This document shows, piece by piece, positions 1 through 11,756 of a stretch of 50,100 nucleotides of DNA. Source of the stretch: Chiloscyllium plagiosum (taxonomy: Eukaryota); assembly GCF_004010195.1 (NCBI RefSeq), contig NC_057719.1, forward strand, positions 14,551,760-14,601,859, read 5' to 3'. Each line of letters starts with the position of its first letter. The stretch's first letter is position 1. The translations under genes were made by a program, and so were the position numbers. Below the pieces are notes generated by a model, which worked only from the letters and a program-made list of their open reading frames with translations, was not told where the DNA came from and did not search any database.

Positions 1-130
1 CTGACTTCAGCCCATACTACCTCCAAAGGCAGATCCCCCTCAAACTGCCTTTCTGCAGCCATTATACCATTTCTAATTAGCAACGCCACCCCCCCCCTCC
101 TTTTTTACCACCCTCCCTAATCTTACTGAA
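1..130 (-). mobile_element. CR1 LINE ORF2 APE-endonuclease fragment (inverted 5' part of the adjacent LINE; continues off the window)
   Basis: The minus strand reads ...GGGVALLIRNGIMAAERQFEGDLPLEVVWAEV, the typical CR1 endonuclease GGGVALL motif. Confidence 0.85.
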
Positions 131-213
131 ACTTTACCAACAACTGAAGTGAAACTCACTGGTCTGTAATTACCAGGGTTGTCTCTACTACCCTTTTTGA
201 ACAAGGGAACCAC
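131..213 (-). repeat. 83-bp inverted copy of CR1 segment 431-513
   Basis: The reverse complement of 131-213 matches 431-513 with 2 mismatches. Confidence 0.95.
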
Positions 214-1850
214 AGAAATACTTGCATCTAGACTAGATAAGATTGAGGTTCACAAGGAAGATGTATTAGAAATACTGCAGAGTGTGAAAATAGACAAGTC
301 CCCTGGGCCGGATGGGATCTATCCTAGGATCCTCTGGGAAGCAAGGGAAGAGATTGCCGAGCCTTTGGCATTGATCTTCAAATCATCATTATCTACAGGA
401 ATATTGCCTGAGGACTGAAGGATAGCAAATGTGGTTCCCTTGATCAAAAAGGGTAGTAGAGACAACCCTGGTAATTACAGACCAGTGAGTCTCACTTCAG
501 TTGTTGGTAAAGTGTTGCAAAAGGTTATAAGAGGTAGGATTTATAACCATCTCGAAAGGAATAATCTGATCAGGGACAGTCAGCACGGTTTTGTGAAGGG
601 TAGGCCGTGCCTAACGAATCTTATTGAGTTTTTTGACAAAGTGATCAAACAGGTAGATGAGAGTAAACAGGTTGATGTGGTGTATATGGATTTCAGCAAG
701 GTGTTCGATAAGGTTCCCCACAGTAGGCCATTACACAAAATGCGGAGGAATGGGATTGTGGGAGACATAGCAGTTTGGATCAGTAATTGACTTGCTGAAA
801 GAAAACAGAGGGTTGCAGTTGATGGAACATGTTCATCTTGGGGTCCAGTTACTAGTGGTGTACCGCAAGGGTCGGTGTTGGGTCCACTGCTGTTCATCAT
901 TTTTATAAATGACCTGGATGAGGGCTTAGAAGGGTGGGTTAGTAAATTTGCGGATGACACTAAGGTCAGTGGAATTGTGGATGGTAACGAAGGATGTAGT
1001 AGGTTGCAGAGAGACATAGATAGAATGCAGAGCTGGGCTGAGAGGTGGCAAATGGAGTTTAATGTGGACAAGTGTGAGGTGATACACTTTGGACGGAGTA
1101 ATCGGAATGCAAAGTACTGGGCTAATGGTAGGATTTTTGGGAGTGCAGATGAGCAGAGAGATCTCAGTGTCCATGTATACAGATCCCTGAAAGCTGCCAC
1201 CCAGATTGACAGGGTTGTTAAGAAGGCATACAGTGTTTTGGCCTTTATTAATAGAGGTATTGAGTTCCAGAACCAGGAGGTTATGCTGCAGCTGTACAAA
1301 GCTCTGGTACGGCCACACTTGGAGTTTTGTGTCCAGTTCTGGTCGCCGCATTATAAGAAGGATGTGGAAGCTTTGGAAAGAGTGCAGAGGAGATTTACTA
1401 GGATGTTGCCTGGTATGGAAGGAATGTCTTATGAGGAAAGGCTGAGGGCCTTGAGGCTGTTCTCCTTAGAGAGAAGAAGGTTGAGAGGTGACTTAAGAGA
1501 CATACAAGATAATCAGAGGGTTAGATAGGGTGGACAGGGAGAGCCTTTTTCCAAGTATGGGGACGGCAAACACGAGGGGACACAACTTTAAAATGAGGGG
1601 AGATAGGTATAAGACAGATGTCAGAGGTAGTTTCTTTACTCAGAGAGTAGTAAAGGTATAGAATGCTTTGCCTGCATCAGTAGTAGATTCGCCAAGTTTA
1701 AGTGCATTTAAGTCGTCATTGGACGGGCAAATGGACGTACATGGAATAGTGTAGGTGGGATCGGCTTCAGATTAGTATGACAGGGCGGTGCAACATCGAG
1801 GGCCGAAGGGCCTGTACCGCGCTGTAATGTTCTATGTTCTATATTCTATG
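214..1850 (+). mobile_element. CR1 (HER1-like) LINE, ORF2 RT to 3' end, young, with a few stops/frameshifts
   Basis: Motifs KSPGPDGIYPR, NYRPVSLTSV, SQHGF, DFSK, GVPQGSVLGP, KFADD and RPHLEFCVQFWSP. The 3' end is GGGCCGAAGGGCCTGTA followed by a (TTCTATG)-type tail. Confidence 0.97.
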
Positions 1851-2554
1851 AAACATAATTGCACCAATATTTATAGTGCATAGTTGAAGTGAACTGATAA
1901 TATATTAATTATACAGAATGCAGCTCAGCTACCCTTCTGCTTTTGACCTGTACCACTGTTGTATGTAACACCTCAGGTAGCTATAAATTCAACAACTCTG
2001 GAAGTCAATGTGAAAAAAGACAGTTAAAATCACCATCAATATATTCACCTCGCATATATTTTAACCTCAGCTGTATTATTTTCCCAATAATTATTTCAAT
2101 GAAAACAGCCAAGATAACAAGAAATTTCCAAAGTTGTTTTCATTGCAATACTTACGTTTTATACATCTGTTTGTACCAGGGCTCACAGTCCATCCAGAAC
2201 AGCACTGTCTTCCACAAACATTAGCTCTGAAAGAAAATTAGCGTGCAGGTTAATTATGAGGTTCTTTCTTCGATTCATTGTGTTTGCTATGTTAGAAAAG
2301 ATGTTCATTCATTTGGCCATGTTACCTATCAAATCATTCACAAAACTATTGCAAGCAATGCCTCTGGGACTCCCCAGTGAGTTAGCAAGTTCATCCAGTG
2401 AAAACCAATTAGATCAAAGGTGTTGCAAATATGATAACAATATGGGTTCTGCTGTGATGTGTCAAAGATGAAATAGGAGCTGATGTTCATCGTCAAGCTC
2501 TATAATGGCCTCATCCAGGACCCTGGTTCATGTCACATTACAGGTGACCCCACT

Positions 2555-2778
2555 ATACACACACACACACCTATACGGTCACGCAGACCCTCTCTCATAC
2601 ACAAGCTCCCTCTCATACGTTCACACATACACTCCCACACTCACACACGCACCCTCTCACAGACTTATACCCCTTTACAGCCAGAGTCACACACATACTC
2701 ACACTCTCTCAAAGACACTCATATCTCCCCTCTACACACACACCCACACGCACACACACACACACACATACACACATA
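2555..2778 (+). repeat. CA-rich low-complexity/microsatellite tract
   Basis: (CA)n and ACACAC-rich runs. Confidence 0.9.
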
Positions 2779-2816
2779 AGTTTGTGGGGTGACGTTGTAC
2801 TTACAGAATTATATTT

Positions 2817-4310
2817 CTGTGTTTCCTTAAACACAAGTGAGGTGCCGGAGGACTGGAAGGTTGCTCATGTTGTCCCCCGTACAAGGAGGGTAGTAGGGAT
2901 ATTCTAGGTAACTACAAACCAGTGAGCCTTACATCAGTGTGGGAATGTTGCTGGAGAAAGTACTGAGGGATAAAATCTACTTATGTTTGAAAAAGAATGA
3001 GCTTATCAGTGATAGGCAACATGGTTTTGTTGGGGGAGATCGTGCCTTACCAACTTATTTGAGTTCTTTGAGGAAGTGACCAAGTTGATTGATGAAGGAA
3101 AGGGCTGTTATATCATTTACATGGACTTTAGTAAGGCATTTGATAACCTTCCCCATGGTAAACTAATGAAGAAAGTGAAGTCACATGGTGTGCAAGGTGT
3201 TCTAGCTAGGTGGATAAAGAACTGGTTGAGCAACAGGTAACAGAGAGTAGTAGTTGAAAGGAGTTTCTCGAAATGGAGAAAGATGACCAGTGGTGTTCCA
3301 CAGGGATCAGTGTTGGGGCCACTGTTGTTTCTGATATACATAAATAATCGGGAAGAGGGCACTGTTGGTATGATCAATAAGTTTGCAGATGAAATGAAGA
3401 TTGGTGGAGTAGCAGAAAGCATAGGGGACTGTCAGGGAATACAGGAGAATATAGATAGACTGGAGAGTTGGGCGGAGAAGTGGCAGATGGAGTTCAATCC
3501 AGGCAAATGTCAGGTGATATATTTTGGGAAGTCTAATTTGAGAGCAAATTATACAGTAAATGGAAGAGCCTGATGGGAAAAGTTGATGAGCAGAGAGATC
3601 TGGGAGTTCAGGTCCATTGTACCCTGAAGGTGGCTCCACAGGTGGAAAGAGTGGTCAAGAAGGCATATGGTACGCTTGCCTTCATCAGACTGGGTATTGA
3701 ATGTAAGAGCTGGCAGGTCATATTAAAATTGTTCGGTCGCATTCGGTTGCATTTAGAATACTGTGTACAGTTCTAGTCACCACATTACCAAAAGGATGTG
3801 GACGCTTTGGAGAATGTGCAGAGAAGGTTGACAAGGATGTTGTCTGGTATGGAAGGTGCAAGCTATGAAGAAAGATTGAGTAGGTTAGGTTTGTTTTCAT
3901 TAGAAAAAAAAAGATTGAGGGGAGGACTGATTGAGGTCTACAAAATCATGAAGAGTATAGACAGGGTAGATAGAGATGCGCTTTTTTCCCAGGGTGAAGG
4001 ATTCAATAACACGAGGTTACACTTTCAAGGTGAGAGGTGAAAACTTTAAGGGGGATATACGCGGCAGTACTTTACACAGAGGATGGTAGGTGCCTGGAAT
4101 ACGTTGCCAGCAGAGATAGTAGAGGCAGGCACGATAGATTCGTTTAAGATGCATCTCGTCAGATGCATGAGTAGGTGGGGAGCAGAGGGGTATAGATGTT
4201 TAGGAATTGAGCAACAGGTTTAGACAGTGGATTTGGATCAGCTCAGGTTTGGAGGGCCGAAGGGCTGTTCCTGGGCTATAAAGCTTCTTGGTTCTTTGTT
4301 CTCTTTGTTG
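2817..4310 (+). mobile_element. CR1 LINE, 5'-truncated, RT to 3' end
   Basis: Motifs SGVPQGSVLGPLLF, KFADE, WQMEFN and LENVQRR. The 3' end is GGAGGGCCGAAGGGC plus a (TTCTTTG)-like tail. Confidence 0.95.
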
Positions 4311-4467
4311 TAAATGTTATTTTGCTCAAAACCTGCATGAATCCATGTCAGATTAAATAAATCCCTTTTTTAGATTGGAATCAGTCTGAACATTGGGACA
4401 TAGACAGTCTCACATAGGGTACCTCGCACCATCAATGCATTATATGAGCCAACATGGGACCTATTTT

Positions 4468-4887
4468 TTAGATTTATTTTTTGATTAGATTCCCTAGAGT
4501 ATGGAAACAGGCCTTCGGCCCAACAAGTTTACATCGACCCTCCAAAGAGTAACCCACCCAGACCCATTACCCTCCTCTATATTTACCCCAGACTAATAAA
4601 CGTCAATTCTCCTGTTCCCTGGATGCTGCCTGACCTGCTGCGCTTTTCCAGCAACACATCTTCAGCTCTGATCTCCAGCATCTGCAGACCTCACTTTCTC
4701 CACCTAACACTATGGGCAATTTAGAAAGGCCAATTCACCTGACCTGCACATCTTTGGATTGTGGGAGGAAACCGGAGCACCCGGAGGAAACTCACGCAGA
4801 CACGGGGAGAATGTGCAAACTCCACACAGACTGTCACCCGAGGTGAGAATCGAACTCGGGTCCCTGGTGCTGTGAGACAGCAGTGCA
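4468..4887 (-). mobile_element. HE1-type tRNA-derived SINE, interrupted by a PLE-terminus insert
   Basis: The minus strand reads GCACTGCTGTCTCACAGCACCAGGGACCCGAGTTCGATTC...TGTGTGGAGTTTGCACATTCTCCCC, with a CR1-like 3' end and (TAATC) tail. Confidence 0.9.
4598..4700 (+). mobile_element. PLE-terminus mini-element, family B (starts at AAACGTC of the hammerhead), inserted in HE1
   Basis: Near-identical to 39094-39197. Confidence 0.85.
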
Positions 4888-5079
4888 AGTTCACTCGAGA
4901 ACGTAACTTTAAGAGAAGTTCTGGGATTTACATATGAAAGAAGTGAAACTAACATGGTCATTCTAACAGATGAGAGACTTAACAAACAATCCAGGTCTTT
5001 TTCAATATATAATTTCAGTTACATCACACTGTAAACTTTTGCTGTAAATTCTATGTCCTTCGATCTTATACTCCACAAC

Positions 5080-5114
5080 CACCTGACGAAGGAGCAGCGC
5101 TCCAAAAGCTAGTG
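5080..5114 (+). ncRNA. Degenerate minimal hammerhead ribozyme motif, family A
   Basis: cac-CTGACGA-A-GGAGC-agc-GCTCC-aAAA-GCTA-gtg. The change of GAAA to AAAA is consistent with CpG decay. Confidence 0.7.
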
Positions 5115-5152
5115 CTTCCAAATAAACCTGTTGGTCTATAAACTGGTGTTGT

Positions 5153-5304
5153 GTGAATTGGCCATGCTAAATTGCCCGTAGTGTTAGGTGAATGGGGTAA
5201 ACGTAGGGGAATGGGTGTGGGTGGGTTGCTCTTCGGAGGGTCGGTGTGGACTTGTTGGGCCGAAGGGTCTGTTTCCACACTGTAAGTAATCTAATCTAAT
5301 CTAA
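5153..5304 (+). mobile_element. HE1 SINE 3' fragment
   Basis: GTGAATTGGCCATGCTAAATTGCCC...GGGCCGAAGGGTCTGTTTCCACACTGTA plus a (TAATC)n tail. Confidence 0.88.
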
Positions 5305-6632
5305 GTAAAATATAATTTGGCATTAGGAGCACATAGGTGACTGAAAATTGCAACTAAAATATTTCTTAAAATGCCAAGTGTATAAACCTCAATGCAGCTT
5401 GATGTTCTCTGGGATTGCTTTGGCCCATTTGATAGTGTTCAAAATGCTAACTCACTCAGGCAAATTAACAAATGCGTGTTTCTCGTTCGACCGATATTCC
5501 TCCCCCAGAGAAGTGTGTCACGGGGCATATTTGAATTCAGTCTCATTTGCATATATTTGTTGCTCCAGTGAATTCTGTAAGACCCAACAAAGTTATTTTC
5601 TTCTGTGCTGCAGATCACTTTGAACCCCTTGGCTTTTCCTGACTGAATTCAACCATATATTGCCAAGGAAGCTTTTCTGGGATTGATCTAAATCTGGGAT
5701 TATAAGCAAAAATTCAAATGCAGCCAAGACAGATCCAGAAATTTAGAAAATATGTCAGCTATTCATGCATTAATTTGTAGAAATTGAGAGCAGATGATTT
5801 CCTCAGTACTTGTTTACATGCTTTTGACAATCGGTTTTCTCATACAAGTTTTTTGTTTTTAAATTATTTATCTTAAATCCAAATGCATTTCTTCATTTGC
5901 CAGACTAAGATATAATCTATCTGCCCTCTGCTTTTACTCAGCAACAAAGCAGTAGCAACATGAATCTAATTCAACCTTCAGACCACAACATTCTATCTGC
6001 TACATGAAGATACATAAAGTTCAATAACAAATAACGATTGGAAGGGGACTTAAATATACCTCTGTCAAGGAAAATTCTCGATGCCGAAACATGCTGCAAG
6101 AAGCAATTGAGCAAGTATGGTAGAAAATAGCAATGCCAGGTCAGAAAAAGACTCGGAGAAAAAGGAAATATTAGATAGCAGAACATTATTTCCTCCTGTT
6201 CTTTATATTTTAGCAACCCTTTCACAGACTTGAATCCAGTGTTTTGTTTTAAATCTAGCCAGGCATCTAATCCCATTTGGCCCTATTTTCTGGTCTTTCA
6301 TGGTGTTTGTGGATCTCACTCAGTTTTCAATCTATTTTGGCACCATCCTTTAGATCTCTGAAGCTCTTCATATTTTGTGAATATGATCTAAATCAAACTC
6401 AGTATGAAAATGACTTAAGTACTTTGGTATTTATTGACACCAGTCATCTCTGTGTGCCATTTAATGATATAATATAATTCATTACAATTATTTCTGGAGC
6501 ATCTGTTTTTTTATATAGAAAACTGCTATTGATTTTCTTGCATTTTGTATTCTCTAATTTGTGTGAAAGTTGAAAGCAGGGAGGCAGTACTTTCAAACAT
6601 TATTTCCTTGTTCATGCTTGCAGCTGCCATGT

Positions 6633-7020
6633 AAGACCATAAGATATAGGACCAGAAATAGGCCATTCAGCCCATCAAATCTGCTCTGCCTTTCGATGAG
6701 ATCGTAGCTGATTTGACACTCCTCATCTCCACATTCCTGCCTTTTCCCCGTAACTCTTGGTTTCATTATTGATTAAAAATCTGTTTATCTCAGCCTTGTA
6801 TATATTTAATGACCCAACTTCAACAGCCCATTGTGGTAAAGAATTCCACAAATTCACAACCCTTTGAGAGAAGAAATTCATCCTCACCTCACTCATAATT
6901 GTGCAACCCTTTATTCCCAGATAATACCCGCTGGGCCTAGATTCTCCTATAAGAGGAAAACAATCTTACTGCATCTACCCTGTCAAGTCCCCTAAGAATC
7001 ATGTCTATTGCTATAAATTC
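6633..7020 (-). mobile_element. CR1 LINE 3' fragment
   Basis: AAGACCATAAGATATAGG...GGCCATTCAGCCC is a reverse-strand CR1 3' end. Confidence 0.85.
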
Positions 7021-8960
7021 ATAAGAACATAAGAAATAGGAAGAGGAGTAAACTATTCAGCCCCTCGAGCTTGCTCAACCCTTCCATAGGATGATGGCCA
7101 ATCTGACATTCCTCATATCTATTTCCTTGCCCTTTCCCCCATGTCCCTTGATTCCCCCACTAATCAAGAGCCAATCTATCACAGCCCTAAATACACACAA
7201 GGACTCGGACCCCACAGCTCTCTGTGAGTCCAAAGACTCACAACCTTCTTAGAGAAGAAATTCCTCCTCATCTCTTTCCTAAATTGGTGCCGCTTTATTC
7301 TGAGACCATACCGTCTGGCCCATGAAGAGAAACGTCCTCTCAGCATTTACATTTTCAGGAATTATATATGTTTCAATGAGATCACGTCTCATTTTTGTAA
7401 TTTCCAATGAATAGAGTCACAACGTTGTTCATTAAACGATCCCTCCATAAGGGAATCCTCCTCGTGAACCTTCTCTGGATTACCGCCACTTAAATGATAG
7501 CTTCCCTGAAATAAGGGGACAAAACTCCTCACAGTACTGATGTGATCTCACCAGCACCTTATACAGTTAGCAAGACTTTTCCTGAAATCCTATTAAAATA
7601 AGGACCAACATTCCATTAACCTTCCTGACTACCTGCCGCACCTGTGTGCTTGCTTTCTATGTTTCATGTGTGAGGCTTCACAAGTCCCTTTGTGTTGCAG
7701 CTTTCTGCAGTTTTCTCCATTTAAATAATATTCTGTTCTCTTGCCCTCCCTTCCAAAATGAACTGTCATACATTTTCCCACATTATACTCCATTTGTCAA
7801 CTCCTATTTAACCTATCAATATCTCTCTGTAAACTGTTTGTATCGCTCTCAAACCTACTTTTCCACCGGTTTTTATGTCGTCTGCAAATTTGGCTCCAAC
7901 CCATTCAGTTCCTTCCTCCAAGTCATTGTTAGATATTGTAAACAGTTGTGGTCACAGCATTGATACCTACTGGTAATAGGTTGCCAGCCTGAGAAAGAAC
8001 CCTTTATTCGCTGTTTCCTATTTAGGAGTCAAATCTCTACCCACACCAATATATCTCCTCCAACATCATGGGCTCTTATCTTGTAACTTAACCTTTTTTG
8101 AGGTATGTTTTCAAACAGGTGTCCAAATAAACAGGTGTCCAAATAAAACACCTCTACTGGTTTCCCTCTATCCAGTTTGGTTGAGTCTTTCACAAAAAAC
8201 TCTTGCCAGACACGATTTGCTTTCATGAAGCCATGTTGGCTCTGCCTGATTATATTATGTTAAAAAACACACAGCACACAGATTATAGTCCAACAGTTTA
8301 ATTGGAAGCACACTAGCTTTCCAATTAAACTGTTAGACTATAACCTGGTGTTGTGTGATTTTTAACTTTGGACACCCCAGTCCAACACCGGCATCTCCAA
8401 ATCATGATTATGTTATGCTGGTTTTCCAAATGTTCTGCTATTTCTTCCTTAAAAATTTATTCCAACATTTTTCTAACAATGCTGGGCTAATCCATCTCCA
8501 CCAACCCATTTCTGCCTCCCTCCCTTTCTGAATAGAGGTGTCACATCAATCGTTTTCCAAGCCTCTGGTACAATTCCAGATCTTTGGAAAGTTACAACCA
8601 AAGCATCCATGACCTTTGTAGCTATCTCTTTAAGATCCTAACATGAAGCCATCATGGCCAAGGAACTTATCTGTGTTCAGGCCCATTAGTTTGCCTATTA
8701 CTACTTCTCTCATGATGATGGTTCTTAATTTCTCCTCTATATTCTTTAGTATTAATGCAATGTTCAAAGTACCTTCCACTGTAAAGATTGATTCAAATAT
8801 CTGGTTAACTCCTCTACATTTCCTTGTTCCCCATAACTGTCTCCTCAGATTCATTTTTGAAGGGGCCTATGTTCTCTTTGATTTCTCCCTTTCATTGTTT
8901 TTACATCTAAAGAAGCTCATACTGTCAGTTTTTTGTATTTGCCTTCATAGTTTCTGGGCT
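7021..8960 (-). mobile_element. Decayed CR1 LINE, RT region to 3' end
   Basis: The tail reads ATAAGAACATAAGAAATAGG. Minus-frame remnants include KLDRGKPVEVFYLD, KIRAHDVGG and GKLMGLNTDKFLGHDG. Confidence 0.85.
8260..8404 (+). mobile_element. Fold-back PLE-terminus mini-element, family A, with 13-bp TSD
   Basis: Imperfect inverted arms at about 8259-8308 and 8319-8366, then a 38-nt tail. TSD: TGATTATATTATG (8247-8259) and TGATTATGTTATG (8405-8417). Confidence 0.85.
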
Positions 8961-9169
8961 CACCTCACATTTTGTTACATTCCAACATGTACAGAGCCAA
9001 TCTACTCAACCTCTGCTCATAAGACAGTCCATCCATACCTGGTATCAGCCTTTTGCCTAATGCTATAAACAAGGTCGGATGGACACATCATTTCCTTTCT
9101 ACTCCCATTCTTCCACCAGTCACAATAAACATTCGATGTTGACAGGATGATGATGTGACCTATTATCAG

Positions 9170-9350
9170 GAAACATAAAAACTGGGAGCAGAAGCAGGCC
9201 ATCGGCATTTTCAGCCTGCTCTGACATTCAGTCAGATCATGCAAACATTTACACATAGAAATATGGAAAATAGGAGGGGAGGAGGCCATTCGGCCCTTCG
9301 AGGCTGCTCTGTCATTCATCACAATCATGGCTGATCATCCAACTCAATGG
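9170..9350 (-). mobile_element. Two abutting CR1 3'-end fragments
   Basis: GAACATAAAA...GGCCATCGG and CATAGAAATATGG...GGCCATTCGGCCCTTCGAG...ATCATGGCTGATC. Confidence 0.75.
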
Positions 9351-10293
9351 TTCCCCTCCAAGCACGGGATTGATGTGGATTTCACCAGTTTCCCAAGGAC
9401 AGAAATCTCCCCCCGTCCTCACCTTCCACCCCACTAACCTCCAGATACATCGCATCATCCTTCACCATTTCCACCACCGGCAAACGCATCCCACCACGAG
9501 AGATATATTTCCTTTCCCACCCTATCCACTTTCCATAAAGACTATTCCCCCTGCGACTCTCTTGTCAGGTCCACATCCCTCACCAGCCCATCCTCCCCTC
9601 CCAGCACTGCCACTGCAGGAATTGCAAAACCTGCACCCACACCTCTCCCCTCACCTCCGCCCAAAGCCCCAAGGAGCCTTCTACATCCATCAGAAATTTG
9701 CCTGCACTTCCACACATCATTTACTGTATCCATTGCTCCCGATGTGGTCTCCTCTATGCTACTTACACGTCGCCTACTTGCAGAACGCTTCAGAGAACAT
9801 CTCCGGGACACACGCACGAAGCAACCCCACTGCCTTGTGGCTGAACACTTCAACTTCCCCTCCCACTCCACCAAGGACATGCAGGTGCTGGGCCTTCTCC
9901 ATCGCAAAACCCTAACCACCCAACACCTGGAGGAAGAACACCTTGGGACCCTCCAACCATGCCGGATTAATGTGGATTTCACCAGTTTCCTCATTCCCCC
10001 TCAGAATGCCTCATCTTCCAACTCGGAATCCTTCAATTACACCGGATTAATGTGGATTTCACCAGTTTCCTCATTCCCCCTCCCAGATCCAACCTTTCAA
10101 CTCAGCACTGCCCTTATGACCTGCCATATCTGTCCATCTTCCTTCCCCCCATCCACTCCACCCTCCTCTCTGACCTATCACCTTCACCCCATCTCCATCC
10201 ACCTATTGCACTCTCAGCTAACTTTCCCCCAGGCCCACCCCCCTCCAGTTTACGTCTCCATCCCCTCGGCTCACAAGCCTCATTCCTGATGAA
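9350..10293 (+). mobile_element. Penelope-like element fragment: RT C-terminal linker, GIY-YIG endonuclease pseudo-ORF and pyrimidine-rich 3'UTR, ending in a truncated hammerhead
   Basis: Frames encode VLTFHPTNLQIHRIILHHF...PTTRDIFP, an IYCIxCSRCGLLY-like motif, and RLLAERFREHLRDTR...VAEHFN...SHSTKDMQVLGL...GTLQP..INVDFTSF. It ends with CATTCCTGATGAA. Confidence 0.92.
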
Positions 10294-11420
10294 TACCTTT
10301 CCTAACAAGAATCTATCCACCTCTGTCTTCAAAAATAATCAAATAAGCAAAAAAACCAGACTCCTCTGGTTTCTAAAGTTCTAAAGTCACACAATCCTCT
10401 GTTCTCCTCAATTCTCTCTAAAAAGGGCAACCCCTCATTTTAAAACAAAGCTGACCACCAACAAGAAGATGACTATTCAGAATCTTCTCTACTTCAAATA
10501 AATCACCCCTCACTCTTCAAAACTCCAATGGAAACAAACTCAGTCTGTCCAACCTTTCCTCATAAGATACCTCACTCATTCCAGATTTTCATCTTGTAAA
10601 CTACCTCTCACATAATTGCATCCTTCGTTTAAAAGGAGACCAAAGCTGCACACATTGAATCCCTATAGTGTGCAAACAGGCCATTTAGCCCACACCAACC
10701 CTCTGAACGGCATCCCACCCCACCCTCCTACCCTGTATTCCCCACATTTAATCTACCTAGCCTGTACATCACTGAATGCTATGGGTAATTTTGCACAGCC
10801 AATCCACCTAACATGCACATCCTTGGACTGTGAGACGAAACTGGAGCACCCAAAGGAAACCCATGCAGACACGAGGAGAATGTGCAAACTTCGCACAGAC
10901 AGTTGCCTGAGGGTGGAATCCAACCCAGGTCCCTGGCACTGTGAGGCAGCAGTGATAACCACTGAGCCACTGTGCCACCTCACAGTATTTGAAATGTCTC
11001 AGAAATGTCCTGGAAAACTGAAGTATCCTATCCTTACTTTTATGTTCAGTTCCTCTTGAAATAAAGGATAGGATCCCATCAGCCTTCTTGATGCCAGATC
11101 CCTATATTAACATTTGAGCCATATGCAATAGGACACGTAAATCTGTCCCCACTTCAGAATTGGGCATATGTTCTCCATTTAAGGTCTGCTCTGCCTTTTT
11201 AAAGTGAACATCCTCACATTTCCCCACATTATTTTCAAATCTGCCAGATTTTGCTCATGCACCCAATCTAGCCATATCTGTCTTCATCCTCTTTGTGTCT
11301 TCATCACAACATAGCTTCCGATTTATCTTTTTATCATGTGCAAATGCTGCCGCCATGCTTTTCATTTCCTTCATTTATTTCAGTGACATAATTTGCATAA
11401 AGCTGAGGCACCAGCACAGA
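10294..11420 (-). mobile_element. Old CR1 fragment, interrupted by HE1
   Basis: Degenerate reverse-strand CR1 RT/3' sequence (TCCAACCTTTCCTCATAAG; CTCACATTTCCCCACATT; TCATGTGCAAAT). Confidence 0.7.
10655..10980 (-). mobile_element. HE1-type SINE, near full length
   Basis: The minus-strand head is GGTGGCACAGTGGCTCAGTGGTTATCACTGCTGCCTCACAGTGCCAGGGACCTGGGTTGGATTCC, with Pol III A and B boxes. Confidence 0.92.
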
Positions 11421-11656
11421 CCGCTGTGGGCTGGGTAATCCAAGATGGAGGATGGGAAACAATTGTTGCTGTAAGAGCTGTTCCCTTTTTGAGGTATTTC
11501 AGGTATTGGAGCTGATTCCCTCGAATTCTAGGAGCAGTAATTACTGTTTTATAAGCTGTTGCATTGGTTTGGAACTTTGAGAACAAAAAGATCAAAACAA
11601 CGGCACTTTAAAAAAGACGAAGAGAGATAAATGCAGAGACCACATGGTCAGTGTAA

Positions 11657-11662
11657 GAGAGA

Positions 11663-11697
<35 letters not shown>

Positions 11698-11706
11698 GGA
11701 GGGAGG

Positions 11707-11752
<46 letters not shown>
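11657..11752 (+). repeat. (GA)n/(GGGA)n microsatellite
   Basis: Direct reading; it explains the ERERER ORFs. Confidence 0.97.

Positions 11753-11756
<4 letters not shown>

Larger units (their letters stand above)
2478..5156 (+). mobile_element. Penelope-like element 3' fragment (ORF end, CA-rich 3'UTR, pLTR with hammerhead), split by CR1 and HE1 insertions
   Basis: A degenerate GL-x-RD-x-G-x-MSHY-like ORF end lies at about 2505-2545. Pieces 2478-2816, 4311-4467 and 4888-5156 are interpreted as one element. It ends in a hammerhead motif plus AATAAACCTGTTGG...GTTGTGTGA, shared with 8260-8404 and 22188-22314. Confidence 0.7.

Noticed and set aside
580..1299. 239-aa minus-strand ORF (and similar ORFs at 3117-3422, 37926-38459, 49590-49871)
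   Set aside because: These are antisense frames of CR1 ORF2, with no independent evidence of coding function.
179..1528. Functional reverse transcriptase gene
   Set aside because: In-frame stops (416-418, 788-790), a frameshift near 1500 and a rearranged 5' end make it a dead copy.
2483..2792. His/Thr-rich ORFs
   Set aside because: They are translations of CA-rich low-complexity DNA.
8113..8144. 16-bp tandem duplication AAACAGGTGTCCAAAT x2
   Set aside because: An ordinary slippage duplication inside a dead CR1.
9350..10082. CRISPR-like repeat-spacer pattern
   Set aside because: There are only three irregularly spaced copies, the intervening sequences are PLE coding sequence, and the context is eukaryotic with no cas genes.
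10920..10980. tRNA genes (also at 14415, 26330-26417, 32760)
   Set aside because: The A/B boxes continue directly into SINE bodies and no full cloverleaf is evident.
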